Assembly: GCF_022045235.1 (NCBI RefSeq)
Contig: NW_027266286.1
Span: forward strand, 18,600,001-18,664,000
Direction: 5' to 3'
Length of the DNA: 64,000 nucleotides
Source: Haliotis cracherodii
Lineage: Eukaryota
In this document: piece after piece, positions 1 to 12,876 of the stretch
Layout: every line of letters begins with the position of its first letter
Position numbering within the stretch: the first letter of the stretch is position 1
Made by a program: the position numbers and the translations under genes
Notes under the pieces: model-generated
What the model was told of the DNA's origin: nothing
The model's input: the letters and a program-made list of their open reading frames with translations, nothing else
The model's database searches: none

Positions 1-668
1 TTCCAGTTATATCACGCAGTGTCAGCTATTGTGGAAGGAAAGCCCGAAGCGATGCAGGCCTCGGGCGTTTACCACTTTGGTGAAATCCACAAGCACGGTT
101 ATGGTGCTGACAAACCTTAAAACATAATCGGGGCGAACCGGAGTTCGAAGCCACGATCATAGGTTTCTGGCGCAAGCTCATTCCCGCCAAACCCAAATGT
201 AGTGACCTTTATACTTTTGTTTATGTCTTTGGGAATGCCATCGCTGTTAATTTTGAAAGGGTTTACGACTGACTATATTTCCCAGATGAATTTACCTTCT
301 TTGATCGGATTGGTTCGAGATTGCTGACGAACGGAAAATCAACCAACTTCTCCCTCACATTCTTATTATACCAATTATGTGATAGTTATAATGAAACAGA
401 AATTCAAATTGACAAACAAAGAAAATAATATAGCAGGGGTAAAAGTATTCGAGTCATCACTCGTTTGTAAACATAGTTGCGAGGTCAACTCCAAGCATGG
501 ATGTAGCCAATTATCACAGTGGCGAGCTTTCACTGGTGGCAGCGATAGTACAGAGAGCTCCGCGAAAGGGATATCGCTGCGAGGAGCTTGGTTTATGGCG
601 TGCTCAAGGGACGCAATTCTGCACAGCGAATTGCGGCGCCTTAGACGACTGGGGTACCACTGACCCCG
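1..668 (-). mobile_element. SINE family B copy split by a 418-bp insertion (173..590)
   Basis: 1..172 and 591..668 match consecutive parts of the copy at 27417..27694. Confidence 0.75.
173..590. mobile_element. Putative non-autonomous DNA transposon (MITE-like)
   Basis: Ends CAAGCTC...GAGCTTG; flanked by GTTTCTGGCG (163..172) and GTTTATGGCG (591..600). Confidence 0.6.
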
Positions 669-796
669 CCTTGTTTAGGTAAGCTAGGAGGTACGGGGAC
701 AATGGACGCTGTGTATATGAAATCAAGATGAAGTCATGAGATATATGCCAGTGAGGTATGAGCACATCAACAGAAGCTCTAGATTTGACTACTCTA

Positions 797-940
797 ATTG
801 GATTGATGCATGCCTATGTATTCCAATTGCGTAGGTCGATGCTCATGATGACAATCACTGGATTGTCTGGTCCAGACTCGATTATTTACAGACCGCCGTC
901 ATACACCTGGAAGATTGCTTAAACAACAAACAAAACAACT
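797..940 (+). mobile_element. SINE-like family D, 5'-truncated
   Basis: Shares CACTGGATTGTCTGGTCCAGACTCGATTATTTACAGACCGCCGTCATA and AAAC tail with 12600, 20603, 26392 copies. Confidence 0.75.
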
Positions 941-1689
941 CAAACGGGAACTTCGGCTTCAATGATGTCCAAACACTCGAAAACATGATACAGTAGATTA
1001 CACGCATGTGTCTACACGTGTGTCGTAAATATATCTCTGTTATATACGATACAAAGAAGCGGACTTACCTGTTAACTCTACTGAATCTGCTAAAACTAAT
1101 ATAGTATAGAGTTGCTTATTAAAATTTATGGTAGCGTTCACATTTGAATTGCAAACTGGTGCGATCTGTTTTATGTATTGCGCATGAAAGCCTGTAGTTG
1201 AAAGACTGAAATGCAGGCTATCAAGTCTACGAGGTCGTGCCCATATTCTCCCATGAATTTGGAAAATACTTGATTTGATTGGTCAATCAGGGGTATCAAT
1301 CACAACGAACCATCTCTGATTGACACAGAAGATTTTATGGCCCTATAACCACTGAAGCTACTATTTTAAGAATACAAACTTCGTTTTGGTCATTGTCTGT
1401 CTTAAATATATGTACAATATAGGCTATAAAATGCAAAGTTGCGGTTACTTTGTGTGGATGTGTGGCAATATGTTTTGAGCAGAAAACATGTTAGAAATCT
1501 ACAAAGAGAAAGTATTTCAAGTTTTGAAGACAACAGAGAGCTTGTTATTCGGCGCTTTTCTATATACGACTGTGACGTCATATCGTTTGCGTCACAATTA
1601 GGAGATAAACCTCTTATTTTTTACATTTGAAAGCTCGCGCTAAAGCGCTCTGTTCCAAATTAATATAAAACGTGTCTATTCTACAGTGG

Positions 1690-2850
1690 GACTACAGTCC
1701 TGTACGTGACACTGTACTCTGCCTTGAGACAGGTATTTGTCCGGTACGTGGCACTGTACTCTGCCTTGACACAGATATATGTACGGTACGTGACACTGTA
1801 CTCTGCCTTGACACAGATATATGTCCGGTACGTGTCACTGTACTCTGCCCTGACACAGATATATGTCCGGTACGTCACACTGTAGTCTGCCCTGACACAG
1901 ATATATGTCTGGTACGTGACACTGTACTCTGCCCTGACACAGATATATGTACGGTACGTGACGCTGTACTCTGCCCTGACACAGATATATGTCCGGTACG
2001 TGCCACTGTACTCTGCCCTGACACATGTCTTTGTCCGTTACGTGACACTGTAGTCTGCCCTGACACAGATATCTGTCCTGTCCGTGACACTGTACTCTGC
2101 CCTGACACAGATATATGTCTGGTACGTGACACTGTACTCTGCCCTGACACAGATATATGTCCGGTACGTGCCACTGTACTCTGCCCTGACACAGATATAT
2201 GTCCGGTACGTCACACTGTAGTCTGCCCTGACACAGATATATGTACGGTACGTGTCACTGTACTCTGCCCTGACACAGATATATGTACGGTACGTGCCAC
2301 TGTACTCTGCCCTGACACAGGTCTTTGTCCGTTACGTGACACTGTAGTCTGCCCTGACACAGATATATGTACGGTACGTGTCACTGTACTCTGCCCTGAC
2401 ACAGATATATGTCCGGTACGTGCCACTGTAGTCTGCCCTGACACAGATATATGTCCGGTACGTCACACTGTAGTCTGCCCTGACACAGATATATGTCCGG
2501 TACGTGACACCACTCTGTCCTGACACAGATATATATCCGGTACGTGACACTGTACTCTGCCCTGACACAAGTTTATGTCCGGTACGTGCCACTGTACTCT
2601 GCCCTGACACAGGTATATGTCCGGTACGTGACACTGTACTCTGCCCTGACACATGTATATGTCCGGTACGTGACACTGTACTCTGCCCTGAGACAAGTAT
2701 ATGTCTGGTACGTGACGCTGTACTCTGCCCTGACACAAGTACATGTTTGGTACGTGCCACTGTTCTGTGCCCTGACACAAGTATATGTCTGGTACGTGCC
2801 ACTGTACTCTGCCCTGACACAAGTATATGTCTGGTACGTGCCACTGTACC
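1690..2850. repeat. 42-bp minisatellite, ~27 copies
   Basis: Unit GTACTCTGCCCTGACACAGATATATGTCCGGTACGTGACACT. Confidence 0.95.
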
Positions 2851-3546
2851 GCTGTCTGAAACACTCTATACGCTATCCTGTCTGGTATTTTTCATCTAGG
2901 TCATCGACCGACACAAGCGAGGTTTATCTCGTAAACGTCAATATTCTCATGTACTGTTAAAGTAGGTTATTATAGAATGATATTCACATTACGGACATGC
3001 TGGTACCTACAAGGGCATGTAATGTCCACTGAAAAGTCACTCATAGCACATGACCATGAAGTATTATGTCAATATAGCCACACCACGCTTTATCAGTCGC
3101 GTATTAAGGCTTGCCCAAGTCCCCTAGGCAATGATTATTAGTTTAAATCATAATATCTGGATTACATATACTAAAAAACAAGGATTATTTGTCTCTGGCT
3201 TGTACTGTCCGCTTATCTAGACTTGCCTGTTAAGGACAGACATACATCCATGGACTAAATCATTCAGTAGCGAATTGAAGCAAGGCCATGACTAAAGCTC
3301 TACTTCCAAAAATGGAGCGGCGAAGGTAAACATTCATAAGATTAGGCTCGTTGAGCTGTGACTCACCTGCGGGCACGCTAAACTGTCACCTTGTATGGTT
3401 CTGTCGTACCATCGACGCCATAAACACCACGGTACTGGCCGACATGCGCATCGTGAGCCATGTGTGATATGAGTGATATGTGTGTGATTGTGATTCTCCG
3501 CATCAATACACGAACAACACGTAAGCATTGAAGGGTCGTTGCTATA

Positions 3547-3880
3547 ATGTTTGTCGAGAGTCTCACGTCGACGACTGTACTAGTGTTTGTGACGGTGTTG
3601 TTGCTGCTTAGATGGCTTACTCGGCGCCCCCCTCACCTCCCGCCTGGCCCCGTTCTCTTCCCCTTGCTGGGAAATCTGTTGTCCCTAGGGCCCGACCCCC
3701 GGCCCGTCTTCAGGCGATTACGGAAGGCGCACGGGGACATCTTCTGTGTGTTTATCTGCCACAGGCCTGTCGTCGTGCTCAACGGCTACGATGTGATCCG
3801 CGACGCTGTCGTTAAGAACGGCGACGTCTTTTCCAACAGACCTCACTCATTCTTCTCCGACATCATCAACGACAACAGAG
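3547..3880 (+). CDS. Cytochrome P450 (clan 2 / CYP2-like), gene A, coding exon 1 of 4
   Basis: ATG 3547, hydrophobic anchor, PPGP hinge, 'FPLLGNL', 'VVVLNGYDVIRDAVVKNGDVFSNRP'; donor AG|GTAAAT at 3880/3881, phase 1. Confidence 0.95.
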
Positions 3881-3924
3881 GTAAATTCACTCTTTTGTAA
3901 ATTTGTAAGAGATGTGTAGGTCGT

Positions 3925-5130
3925 GTGTGTGTATGAGTCTTCTGTGAAAGATGTGTATGTGTGAGACTTCTGTGAAAGATGTGTATGTGTGAGGCTTCTG
4001 TGAAAGATGTGTATGTGTGAGGCTTCTGTGTGTATGTGTGAGGCTTCTGTGAAAGATGTGTATGTGTGAGGCTTCTGTGTGTGATGTGTATGTGTGAGGC
4101 TTCTGTGAAAGATGTATATGTGTGAGACTTCTGTGAAAGATGTGTATGTGTGAGGCTTCTGTGTGTGATGTGTATGTGTGTGTCTTCTGTGTGTGATGTG
4201 TATGTGTGAGACTTCTGTGAAAGATGTGTATGTGTGAGGCATTCTGTGAAAGATGTGTATGTATGAGGCTTCTGTGAAAGATGTGTATGTGTGAGACTTC
4301 TGTGTGTGATGTGTATGTGTGAGGCTTCTGTGAAAGATGTGTATGTGTGAGGCTTCTGTGTGTGATGTGTATGTGTGAGGCTTCTGTGTGTGATGTGTAT
4401 GTGTGAGGCTTCTGTGAAAGATGTGTATGTGTGAGGCTTCTGTGTGTGATGTGTATGTGTGAGGCTTCTGTGTGTGATGTGTATGTGTGAGGCTTCTGTG
4501 AAAGATGTGTATGTATGAGGCTTCTGTGAAAGATGTGTATGTGTGAGACTTCTGTGAAAGATGTGTATGTGTGAGGCTTCTGTGTGTGATGTGTATGTGT
4601 GAGGCTTCTGTGTGTGATGTGTATGTGTGAGGCTTCTGTGAAAGATATGTATGTGTGTGGCTTCTGTGTGTGATGTGTATGTGTGAGGCTTCTGTGAAAG
4701 ATGTGTATGTGTGAGACTTCTGTGTGTGATGTGTGTGTGTGAGACTTCTGTGTGTAATGTGTATGTGTGTGTCTTCTGTGTGTGATGTGTATGTGTGAGA
4801 CTTCTGTGAAAGATATGTATGTGTGAGGCTTCTGTGTGTGATGTGTATGTGTGAGGCTTCTGTGTGTGATGTGTATGTGTGAGGCTTCTGTGTGTGATGT
4901 GTATGTGTGAGGCTTCTGTGTGTGATGTGTATGTGTGAGGCTTCTGTGAAAGATGTGTATATGTGAGACTTCTGTGTGTGATGTGTATGTGTGAGGCTTC
5001 TGTGAAAGATGTGTATGTGTGAAGCTTCTGTGAAAGATGCCTATGTGTGAGACTTCTGTGAAAGATGTCTGTGTGTGAGACTTCTATGTGTGATGTATAT
5101 GTGTGACACTTCTTTGTATGATGTGCATTT
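3925..5130. repeat. 28-bp minisatellite in P450 intron 1
   Basis: Unit GTGAGGCTTCTGTG(AAA/TGT)GATGTGTATGT. Confidence 0.95.
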
Positions 5131-5499
5131 GTGCTACTTCTGTGTTGTGTGAGATATGTGGGATGCACACGCGAGTTTTCTGTGTATGATGCCCGTGTAG
5201 GAGTCTTCTGTGTAACTTGTGTGTGATATATGAAGTATGCCCATGTGAGATTTCTGTGTGGGATGTCCATGTTCGAGACGTCTTTGGAGGATGTACATTT
5301 GCGGATGGTTCCGTGGAATGTCTATGTGTGTTACGCCGGTGTGTGATGTGAATGTGTATGTTGCCTTGTAGGATGCCTGTGACTTAGACGTATGTGTAGG
5401 ATGGCCATGTGTATGGTATCTTTATAGGATGGCATGTGTTGATGTCTGTGTAGAATGTCACTGAGTTAGGTTTCCGTGAAGGATGCCCATGTGTGATCT

Positions 5500-7310
5500 G
5501 TTCAGGATGGCATTTGTGAGACGTCTGTGTAGGATGCACATTGTGAGATATCTGTGTAGGATGGCATTTGTGAGACGTCTGTGTAGGATCCACATTGTCA
5601 GATGTCTGTGTAGGATGCACATTGCGAGATGTCTGTGTAGGGTGCACATTGTGAGATGTCTGTGTAGGGTGCACATTGTGAGATGTCTGTGTAGGGTGCA
5701 CATTGTGAGATGTCTGTGTAGGATGCACATTGTGAGATATCTGTGTAGGGTGCACATTGTGAGATATTTGTGTAGGATGCACATTGTGAGATGTCTTTGT
5801 AGGATGCACATTGTGAGATGTCTGTGTAGGGTGCACATTGTGAGATATCTGTGTAGGGTGCACATTGCGAGATGTCTGTGTAGGATGCACATTGTGAGAT
5901 GTCTGTGTAGGGTGCACATTGCGAGATATCTGTGTAGGGTGCACATTGTGAGATGTCTGTGTAGGGTGCACAATGCGAGATGTCTGTGTAGGGTGCACAT
6001 TGTGAGATATCTGTGTAGGGTGCACATTGCGAGATGTCTGTGTAGGGTGCACATTGTGAGATGTGTGTGTAGGATGCACATTGTGAGATGTCTGTGTAGG
6101 ATGCACATTGTGAGATGTCTGTGTAGGATCCACATTGTGAGATGTCTGTGTAGGATGCACATTGCGAGATATCTGTGTAGGATGCACATTGTGAGATGTC
6201 TGTGTAGGGTGCACATTGTGAGATATCTGTGTAGGATGCACATTGTGAGATATCTGTGTAGGGTGCACATTGCGAGATATCTGTGTAGGGTGCACATTGT
6301 GAGATATCTGTGTAGGATGCACATTGTGAGATGTCTGTGTAGGGTGCACATTGCGAGATATCTGTGTAGGATGCACATTGCGAGATATCTGTGTAGGATG
6401 CACATTGTGTGATGTCTGTGTAGGATGCACATTGTGAGATGTCTGTGTAGGATGCACATTGTGAGATATCTGTGTAGGGTGCACATTGCGAGATGTCTGT
6501 GTAGGGTGCACACATGTGATATCTGTGTAGGGTGCACATTGCGAGATGTCTGTGTAGGATGCACATTGCGAGATGTCTGTGTAGGGTGCACACATGTGAT
6601 ATCTGTGTAGGGTGCACATTGTGAGATGTCTGTGTAGGATGCACATTGTGAGATGTCTGTGTAGGGTGCACATTGCGAGATATCTGTGTAGGATGCACAT
6701 TGTGTGATGTCTGTGTAGGATGCACATTGTGAGATGTCTGTGTAGGATGCACATTGTGAGATATCTGTGTAGGGTGCACATTGCGAGATGTCTGTGTAGG
6801 GTGCACACATGTGATATCTGTGTAGGGTGCACATTGCGAGATGTCTGTGTAGGATGCACATTGCGAGATATCTGTGTAGGGTGCACACATGTGATATCTG
6901 TGTAGGGTGCACATTGTGAGATGTCTGTGTCGGGTGCACATTGCGAGATATCTGTGTAGGGTGCACATTGCGAGATGTCTGTGTCGGGTGCACATTGCGA
7001 GATATCTGTGTAGGGTGCACATTGCGAGATGTCTGTGTAGGGTGCACACATGTGATATCTGTGTAGGGTGCACATTGCGAGATGTCTGTGTAGGGTGCAC
7101 ATAGCTAGGGTGCACAAATGTGATATCTGTGTAGGGTGCACATATGTGAGATATCTGTGTGGGGTGCACAAATGTGATATGTGTGTAGGATGCACATTGT
7201 GAGATGTCTGTGTAGGATGCACATTGTAAGATGTATGTGTAGGGTGCACATATTTGATATCTGTGTAGGGTGCATATATGTGATATCAGTGTAGGGTGCA
7301 CATATGTGAT
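5500..7310. repeat. 27-bp minisatellite in P450 intron 1
   Basis: Unit GATGTCTGTGTAGG(G/A)TGCACATTG(T/C)GA. Confidence 0.95.
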
Positions 7311-7546
7311 GAGTCTTCTTGAAGACATGAAGTCTAAAAGTGGGTTGCTGCCTCGGAATTCTAGATCCACCTGCGATTATGATGCTAAACACCCGCGTCA
7401 TTCTGCCAAACCTCCAACACCACTCCATCCCACCACCCCACACCCCCACACCCCCACACCCCACCAACGAAACCCCAATTAAGCTGTAAAATAACCGAAA
7501 TACTGGTGAAGACATTAGATCCAACTGACTCACGTTGTATCGCCAG

Positions 7547-8068
7547 GCATCATGATGACTTCCGGGAAGATGTGGAAGGAGCAGCGAACATTTGCTCTGA
7601 CCACGCTGCGAGAGTTCGGGATGGGACGGAGTCTGCTGGAGGAGAAGATCCAAGAGGAGACGGAGCAGTTCTTAAACGCTGTGGCAGCCCGACAGGAAGC
7701 ACCCCAGGACCTGAAGCATCTCATCACGAACTCGGTATCCAATATCATATGTTCAATCGTGTTCGGGCGGCGCTTTGAGTACACGGATCCACGGTTTGTG
7801 CGGTATCTGGAGGTCACGAACGAGAACATTGAGAACCTTCAAATCACAGGAATACTTCAGATTCTACCATTTCTCAGGCATCTTCCCGGGGACGCGTTCC
7901 GGCTGAAGAAAACGGTACACAATGTGGATGTAGTCCAAGATGAGTTTATTGAGCCAATGGTACAAGAACACATTGACAACTACGACGAAGGTGACGTGAA
8001 CGACTTCATCGCGGCCTACATTAAAGAGATGAGACATCGCCAGCAACAAGGGGAGACAACCATGGAAG
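7547..8068 (+). CDS. Cytochrome P450 gene A, coding exon 2
   Basis: Acceptor CCAG| at 7546; C-helix 'WKEQRTF', 'LREFGMGR', 'SNIICSIVFGRRF', 'DFIAAYIKEM'; donor AG|GTGTGT, phase 1. Confidence 0.95.
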
Positions 8069-8132
8069 GTGTGTATGTTTTCTGAGCAACATGTTTATCA
8101 AATTGCAATACAAATAACAATTCCTCGTGAAA

Positions 8133-8380
8133 GATTCGCTGTGTAGAGTTGCGTCCCCTGGGCGCACCAGAAACCTATGATTGTGGGTTGGAATTATGGT
8201 TCGCCCAAATTATGTTTCTAGGTTTGTCAGCACCATACCACTGCTCGTGGGTTTCACCGAAATGGTAAACGTCTGAGATCTGCATCACTTCGGGCTTTCC
8301 TCCCACATTAAGTTGACACGCCGCGACATAACTGTAATACTGTTTAAAGCGGCGTTTAACCCAACTCACTCGCTCACTCA
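8133..8380 (+). mobile_element. SINE family B (5'-truncated) in P450 intron 2
   Basis: Matches 17063..17340; (CACT)n tail. Confidence 0.8.
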
Positions 8381-8472
8381 CCTTGCGAAAGATATTAATT
8401 TTGTAGGTAATTTTATATGGTGGCTGGTATCAGTCCTCGTACCAGTGTCTTTTGTGATCTAATTATGTTATC

Positions 8473-8631
8473 GGGGCTGTGGGGTAGCCTAGTGGTTAAA
8501 GCGTTGGCTCGTCACGCCGAAGACCCAGGTTCGATTCCCGACACAGGTATACTGTATGAACCCATTTCTGGTGCACCCGCCGTGACATTGCTCGAATATT
8601 GCTAAAAGCGCCGTAAAACCATACTCACTCA
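8473..8631 (+). mobile_element. SINE family A (tRNA-Asp-like head) with TSD
   Basis: A box TAGCCTAGTGG, B box GGTTCGATTCC, GTC anticodon-like loop; TSD CTAATTATG(T/G)TATC. Confidence 0.85.
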
Positions 8632-8683
8632 CTAATTATGGTATCATTTACACATCATCTTTACGTTTGTTCAATTTCTCCAG

Positions 8684-9124
8684 TAAAGACTCTCCTGAAG
8701 GTGATCATGGATTTATTCGTGGCTGGGTCTGAAACTACATCGACAGCCGTCCGATGGGTTCTAGCGTTGTTTCTCAACTACCCGGATGTTCAGGATAGGT
8801 GTTTTCGGGAGATTGATACGCACATCGGCGTGAACAGACGACCAGGTATGAAGGACAAGGTCAGCCTTCCGTACGTGGAAGCCACGATCATGGAGACCCT
8901 AAGGTACTGCGATATCGCCCCTCTCGCCGCCCCCCACTGTGTCGCGCGGTGTACACAGTTCCGGGGCTACACCCTGCCGGAGGGTGCGTCCGTCATGGTC
9001 AACCTGGACTCCGTGCTACAGGATCAGGGCATCTGGGGGGACCCGCAAAACTTCCGACCAGACAGATTTCTAGACAGTTCAGGAAAAGTATTTAAACCGG
9101 AAGAATTCATTCCATTTTCTATAG
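8684..9124 (+). CDS. Cytochrome P450 gene A, coding exon 3
   Basis: Acceptor TTTCTCCAG|; I-helix 'DLFVAGSETTST', K-helix 'ETLR', 'FRPDRF', 'PFSIG'; donor AG|GTAAGT, phase 1. Confidence 0.95.
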
Positions 9125-9516
9125 GTAAGTAAAAATCGTGCTTGCAATTGCTCCCAAAGCAGCTCTTATTAAACTTTGCTTGGATACAATTATAGAAATA
9201 TGGTGGTTTTCATATTCCTGTCGACACATAGCAGTCAACTCAGCGATTCACTGGGCATGTTTATATAAAGAAGACAGCAATCTATTAGGTTATCTTGGAC
9301 AGAGAATGACCATCAACCATACTCTGCTATGAACTGCCTCACCAGAGAGAGTTTCTTTTACGGATATCACTCTTTTTTATAATACTGTATTTGATACATC
9401 CAAATGATTTTTTGCATGTATAAAAGCAAGATCATATCGGACGTTATTTGTCATATTGATTTTAAGTTTCATTATTTTTTACAATAGTTTAACCGAATGG
9501 TCTCAAATACAATCAT

Positions 9517-9650
9517 GTGGGTAAGGCGTTTTCTCGTCACGCCGACGCCCCGAAAACCGAGTTCCTTAAATGGGTGAAGCCCATTCTCTGTGCCCCTCCC
9601 CGCCCCGTCGTGATATGTGCAAACAGCGGCGTAAAAACAAACTTCTTCAC
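9517..9650 (+). mobile_element. Degenerate SINE family A in P450 intron 3
   Basis: CTCGTCACGCCGA...GAAGCCCATT...GCGGCGTAAAA. Confidence 0.6.
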
Positions 9651-9677
9651 CCGCCCGTGCTTTTTTTTTATTCGCAG

Positions 9678-9853
9678 GGCACCGGGTGTGTCTCGGAGAG
9701 TCTCTAGCCCGGATGGAATTGTTCCTGTTCGTTACCGCCCTGGTTCAAACGTTCCACTTCACGTCCCCCGGTCAACCCCCAACCCTGGAGGGGGTCCTGG
9801 GACTCACATACTTCCCCAAACCATTCGAGGTTATAGCAACAGCAAGAACATAA
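9678..9853 (+). CDS. Cytochrome P450 gene A, coding exon 4 (haem-binding Cys, stop)
   Basis: Acceptor T9-ATTCGCAG|; completes FSIG-HRVCLGESLARMELFLF...PKPFEVIATART, TAA 9851..9853; spliced total 1473 nt = 490 aa with no frameshift. Confidence 0.95.
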
Positions 9854-9989
9854 AACAGGCGTGTCGTTTTGTACTACAATCTGTGACAGCCAGTCGAACA
9901 GGACAGCTGCTATGTAGTAAGCAAAGGTCACGCTTGAGGTCTCGGTTGATGAAACTGTAATTTTCTGAAGTCTTCAGAACCGACCTGAA

Positions 9990-11345
9990 ACTCGCCCAAC
10001 CACCTTCACACTCTCTCGCCCAACCACCTTCAAACTCATTCTCCCAACCACCTATCCATTCTCTCGACAAACCACCTTCAAACTATCTCGCCCAACCACG
10101 TTCGTTCAAGCTCTCTCGCCCAACCACCAAACTCACTCTCCGAAACACCTATCCACTCTCTCGCCCAACCACCTTCAAACTCACCCGCCCAACCACCTTC
10201 AAACTCACTCGCCCAACCACCTTCAAACTCACTCGCCCAACCACCTTCAATCTATCTCGCCCAAGCACCTTCAAACTCACTCGCCCAACCACCTTCAATC
10301 TATCTCGCCCAACCACCTTCAATCTATCTCACCAAACCACCTTCACACTCTCTCGCCCAACCACCTTCAATCTATCTCGCCCAACCACCTTCAATCTATC
10401 TCACCAAACCAGCTTCACACTCTCTCGCCCAACCACCTTCAAACTCACTCGCCAAACCACCTTTAATCTATCTCGCCCAACCACCATCAAACTCACTCGC
10501 CCAACCACCTTCAATCTATCTCGCCCAACCACCTTCACTATCACTCGCCCAAACACCTTCAAACTCACTCGCCCAACCACCTTCAATCTATCTCTCCCAA
10601 CCACCATCAATCTATCTCGCCCAACCACCTTCAAACTCACTCGCCCAACCACCTTCAATCTATCTCGCCCAACCACCTTCAATCTATCTCACCAAACCAG
10701 CTTCACACTCTCTCGCCCAACCACCTTCAAACTCACCCGCCCAACCACCTTCAAACTCACTCGCCCAACCACCTTCAATCTATCTCGCCCAACCACCTTC
10801 AATCTATCTCACCAAACCACCTTCACACTCTCTCGCCCAACCACCTTCAATCTATCTCGCCCAACCACCTTCAATCTATCTCACCAAACCAGCTTCACAC
10901 TCTCTCGCCCAACCACCTTCAAACTCACTCGCCAAACCACCTTTAATCTATCTCGCCCAACCACAATCAAACTCACTCGCCCAACCACCTTCAATCTATC
11001 TCTCCCAACCACCTTCACTATCACTCGCCCAAACACCTTCAAACTCACTCGCCCAACCACCTTCAATCTATCTCTCCCAACCACCATCAATCTATCTCGC
11101 CCAACCACCTTCAAACTCACTCGCCCAACCACCTTCAATCTATCTCGCCCAACCACCTTCAATCTATCTCACCAAACCAGCTTCACACTCTCTCGCCCAA
11201 CCACCTTCAAACTATCTCGCCCAACCACCTTCAAACTCACTCACCCAACCACCTTCAAACTATCTCGCCCAACCACCTTCAAACTATCTCGCCCAACCAC
11301 GTTCGTTCAAACCCTCTCGCCGAACCACCTTCAAACTCTCTCGCT
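9990..11345. repeat. 24-bp minisatellite with 480-bp higher-order duplication
   Basis: Unit CAACCACCTTCAAACTCACTCGCC; near-identical blocks at 10401 and 10881. Confidence 0.95.
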
Positions 11346-12086
11346 GAGGAACTTCTACACCAAATCAGAACTAGTCCTTCAACAAGCGTTTTCTTACAGC
11401 CTTCAGTGCAAGTTGAATCATATGGCAGCTATGATTGGATGATTTTGTGTAATTATGTTTTTTTAAATAAACACCCATCAAGTAATTAAAACTGACCTTG
11501 TTTTTCTATATTTAGTGCTGACTTTTTTTTAGCATGATGGCTTATGCTAAATGTGACCCTAGATATGTTCAAGCAAGTGACAAAAATGCTTGATGCGAAA
11601 ATGGGGGTGGTGTGTTCAGCTTCTTGAGTTCGAAAAAGGAGCTGGCGAAACTAGTGTACTTGTCAAATGTTTCTATTTTTATTGTTACTTTAAAGCCAGC
11701 AAGTGAACACATGTGCAAGATATAGCTGTTATTATTATGCTTGGTTAATTTATTTTTTTAAACTATAACGTTACTATATCAGTCTATGGGAAAACATTTG
11801 GTTGTGTGTAACCTCAACGACCTTCAAACTCACTCGCTTAACGACCTTCAGTAACTGAGGCGGTACCAAATCACCCAATCACGTGCAGCGATTTCCAGGC
11901 AGACTGAAACTTTAGAAGCACCCTACGATATATGTCTTGTCCCTCGCTATATGAAATGGCTGTCCAACTATACTGATCAATCATTGTCCCTATTATGTGG
12001 AGGAACTGGGAAGAGAACGGGCACTACTAAATCTAGTTACATATTTGGAAAACTAAAACATTAGCTCTATGACTCCAGTATAAACA

Positions 12087-12445
12087 AGTGGTCTAGTGGA
12101 TGGAGCGTCTACCCGGGGCGCGGTGGTTCGATCCCCGGCCGCGTCATACAAAAACACGTTAAAAGATGGTACTAACGTCTGACTTTTGGCATTGAGGAAA
12201 TAAACAAGGACTGGTCGGCGCGGAGTTAGATTCCTGTTTCTGAGTGGGGTATCCATGTTAAAATGTGGCAATGGGCTAGAGCTACAAAACGGGCATTAGT
12301 CCAGACTAATACAAGCACACACACACACACACACACACAGACACACACACACACACACACACACGCCAACACACGTACACGCACGTCGTATGTAAGTGCA
12401 ATAATCTTTAACGCGATGTTAAACTCCCTTTCTCCTCACTTCACT
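12087..12445 (+). mobile_element. SINE family C with expanded (CA)n
   Basis: tRNA-like head GTGGTCTAGTGG...GGTTCGATCCCC; core ACAAGGACTGGTCGGC; CA run 12316..12365. Confidence 0.8.
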
Positions 12446-12599
12446 TTATAAACAGCGTCCTTATGAGAAACTAACAGGCGCCGTCCAACTTTGATCTTAT
12501 GTTGTACCAAAATGTACATGTTTTATACCCTGCTTTGAAAATAATAGTATTATATCATAATAGCCATTTCATTTGTCTATGCTTGTTTTTACGCCACGG

Positions 12600-12876
12600 G
12601 ACCCCTGAAGATTCGGGGGAAGAATAAGTCTTCAGCAACCCATGCTTGCCGTAACAGGTGACTATGCTTGTCGTAAAAGGCGACTAACGGGATCGGGTGG
12701 TCAGGCTCGCTGACTTGGTTGATGCATATCATCGATCCCAATTGCGTGGATCGATGCTCATGACATCAGTCACTGGATTGTCTGGTCCAGACACGATTAT
12801 TTACAGACCGCCGTCATATAACTGGAATATTGCTGAGCGCGGCGTTAAACAACAAACCAACCAACCAACCAATCAA
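12600..12876 (+). mobile_element. SINE-like family D
   Basis: GACCC(G)TGAAGAT...GTCGTAAAAGGCGACTAACGGG...(AACC)n tail. Confidence 0.8.

Noticed and set aside
1672-2899. Cys-rich 283-aa and 131-aa ORFs (CPDTDICPVRDTVL)n, superficially metallothionein/keratin-associated-like
   Set aside because: Translation of a 42-bp minisatellite, open in several frames on both strands, non-ATG start and a frameshift at ~2510
3374-3380. XRE-like TNGCGTG upstream of P450 A (minus strand), also 62747..62753 upstream of P450 B
   Set aside because: Single short motifs expected by chance; transcription starts unknown
3843-7370. Long His/Thr/Cys-rich ORFs of 300-620 aa
   Set aside because: Stop-free frames of 27/28-bp arrays within a P450 intron
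8473-8545. tRNA-Asp-like sequence (also 16132, 36693, 48436, 56183)
   Set aside because: No proper acceptor stem; followed by a shared SINE body and tail, often with TSDs
9517-9960. 147-aa ORF over the last P450 exon
   Set aside because: Wrong frame and starts in a SINE; the real exon frame begins at 9678
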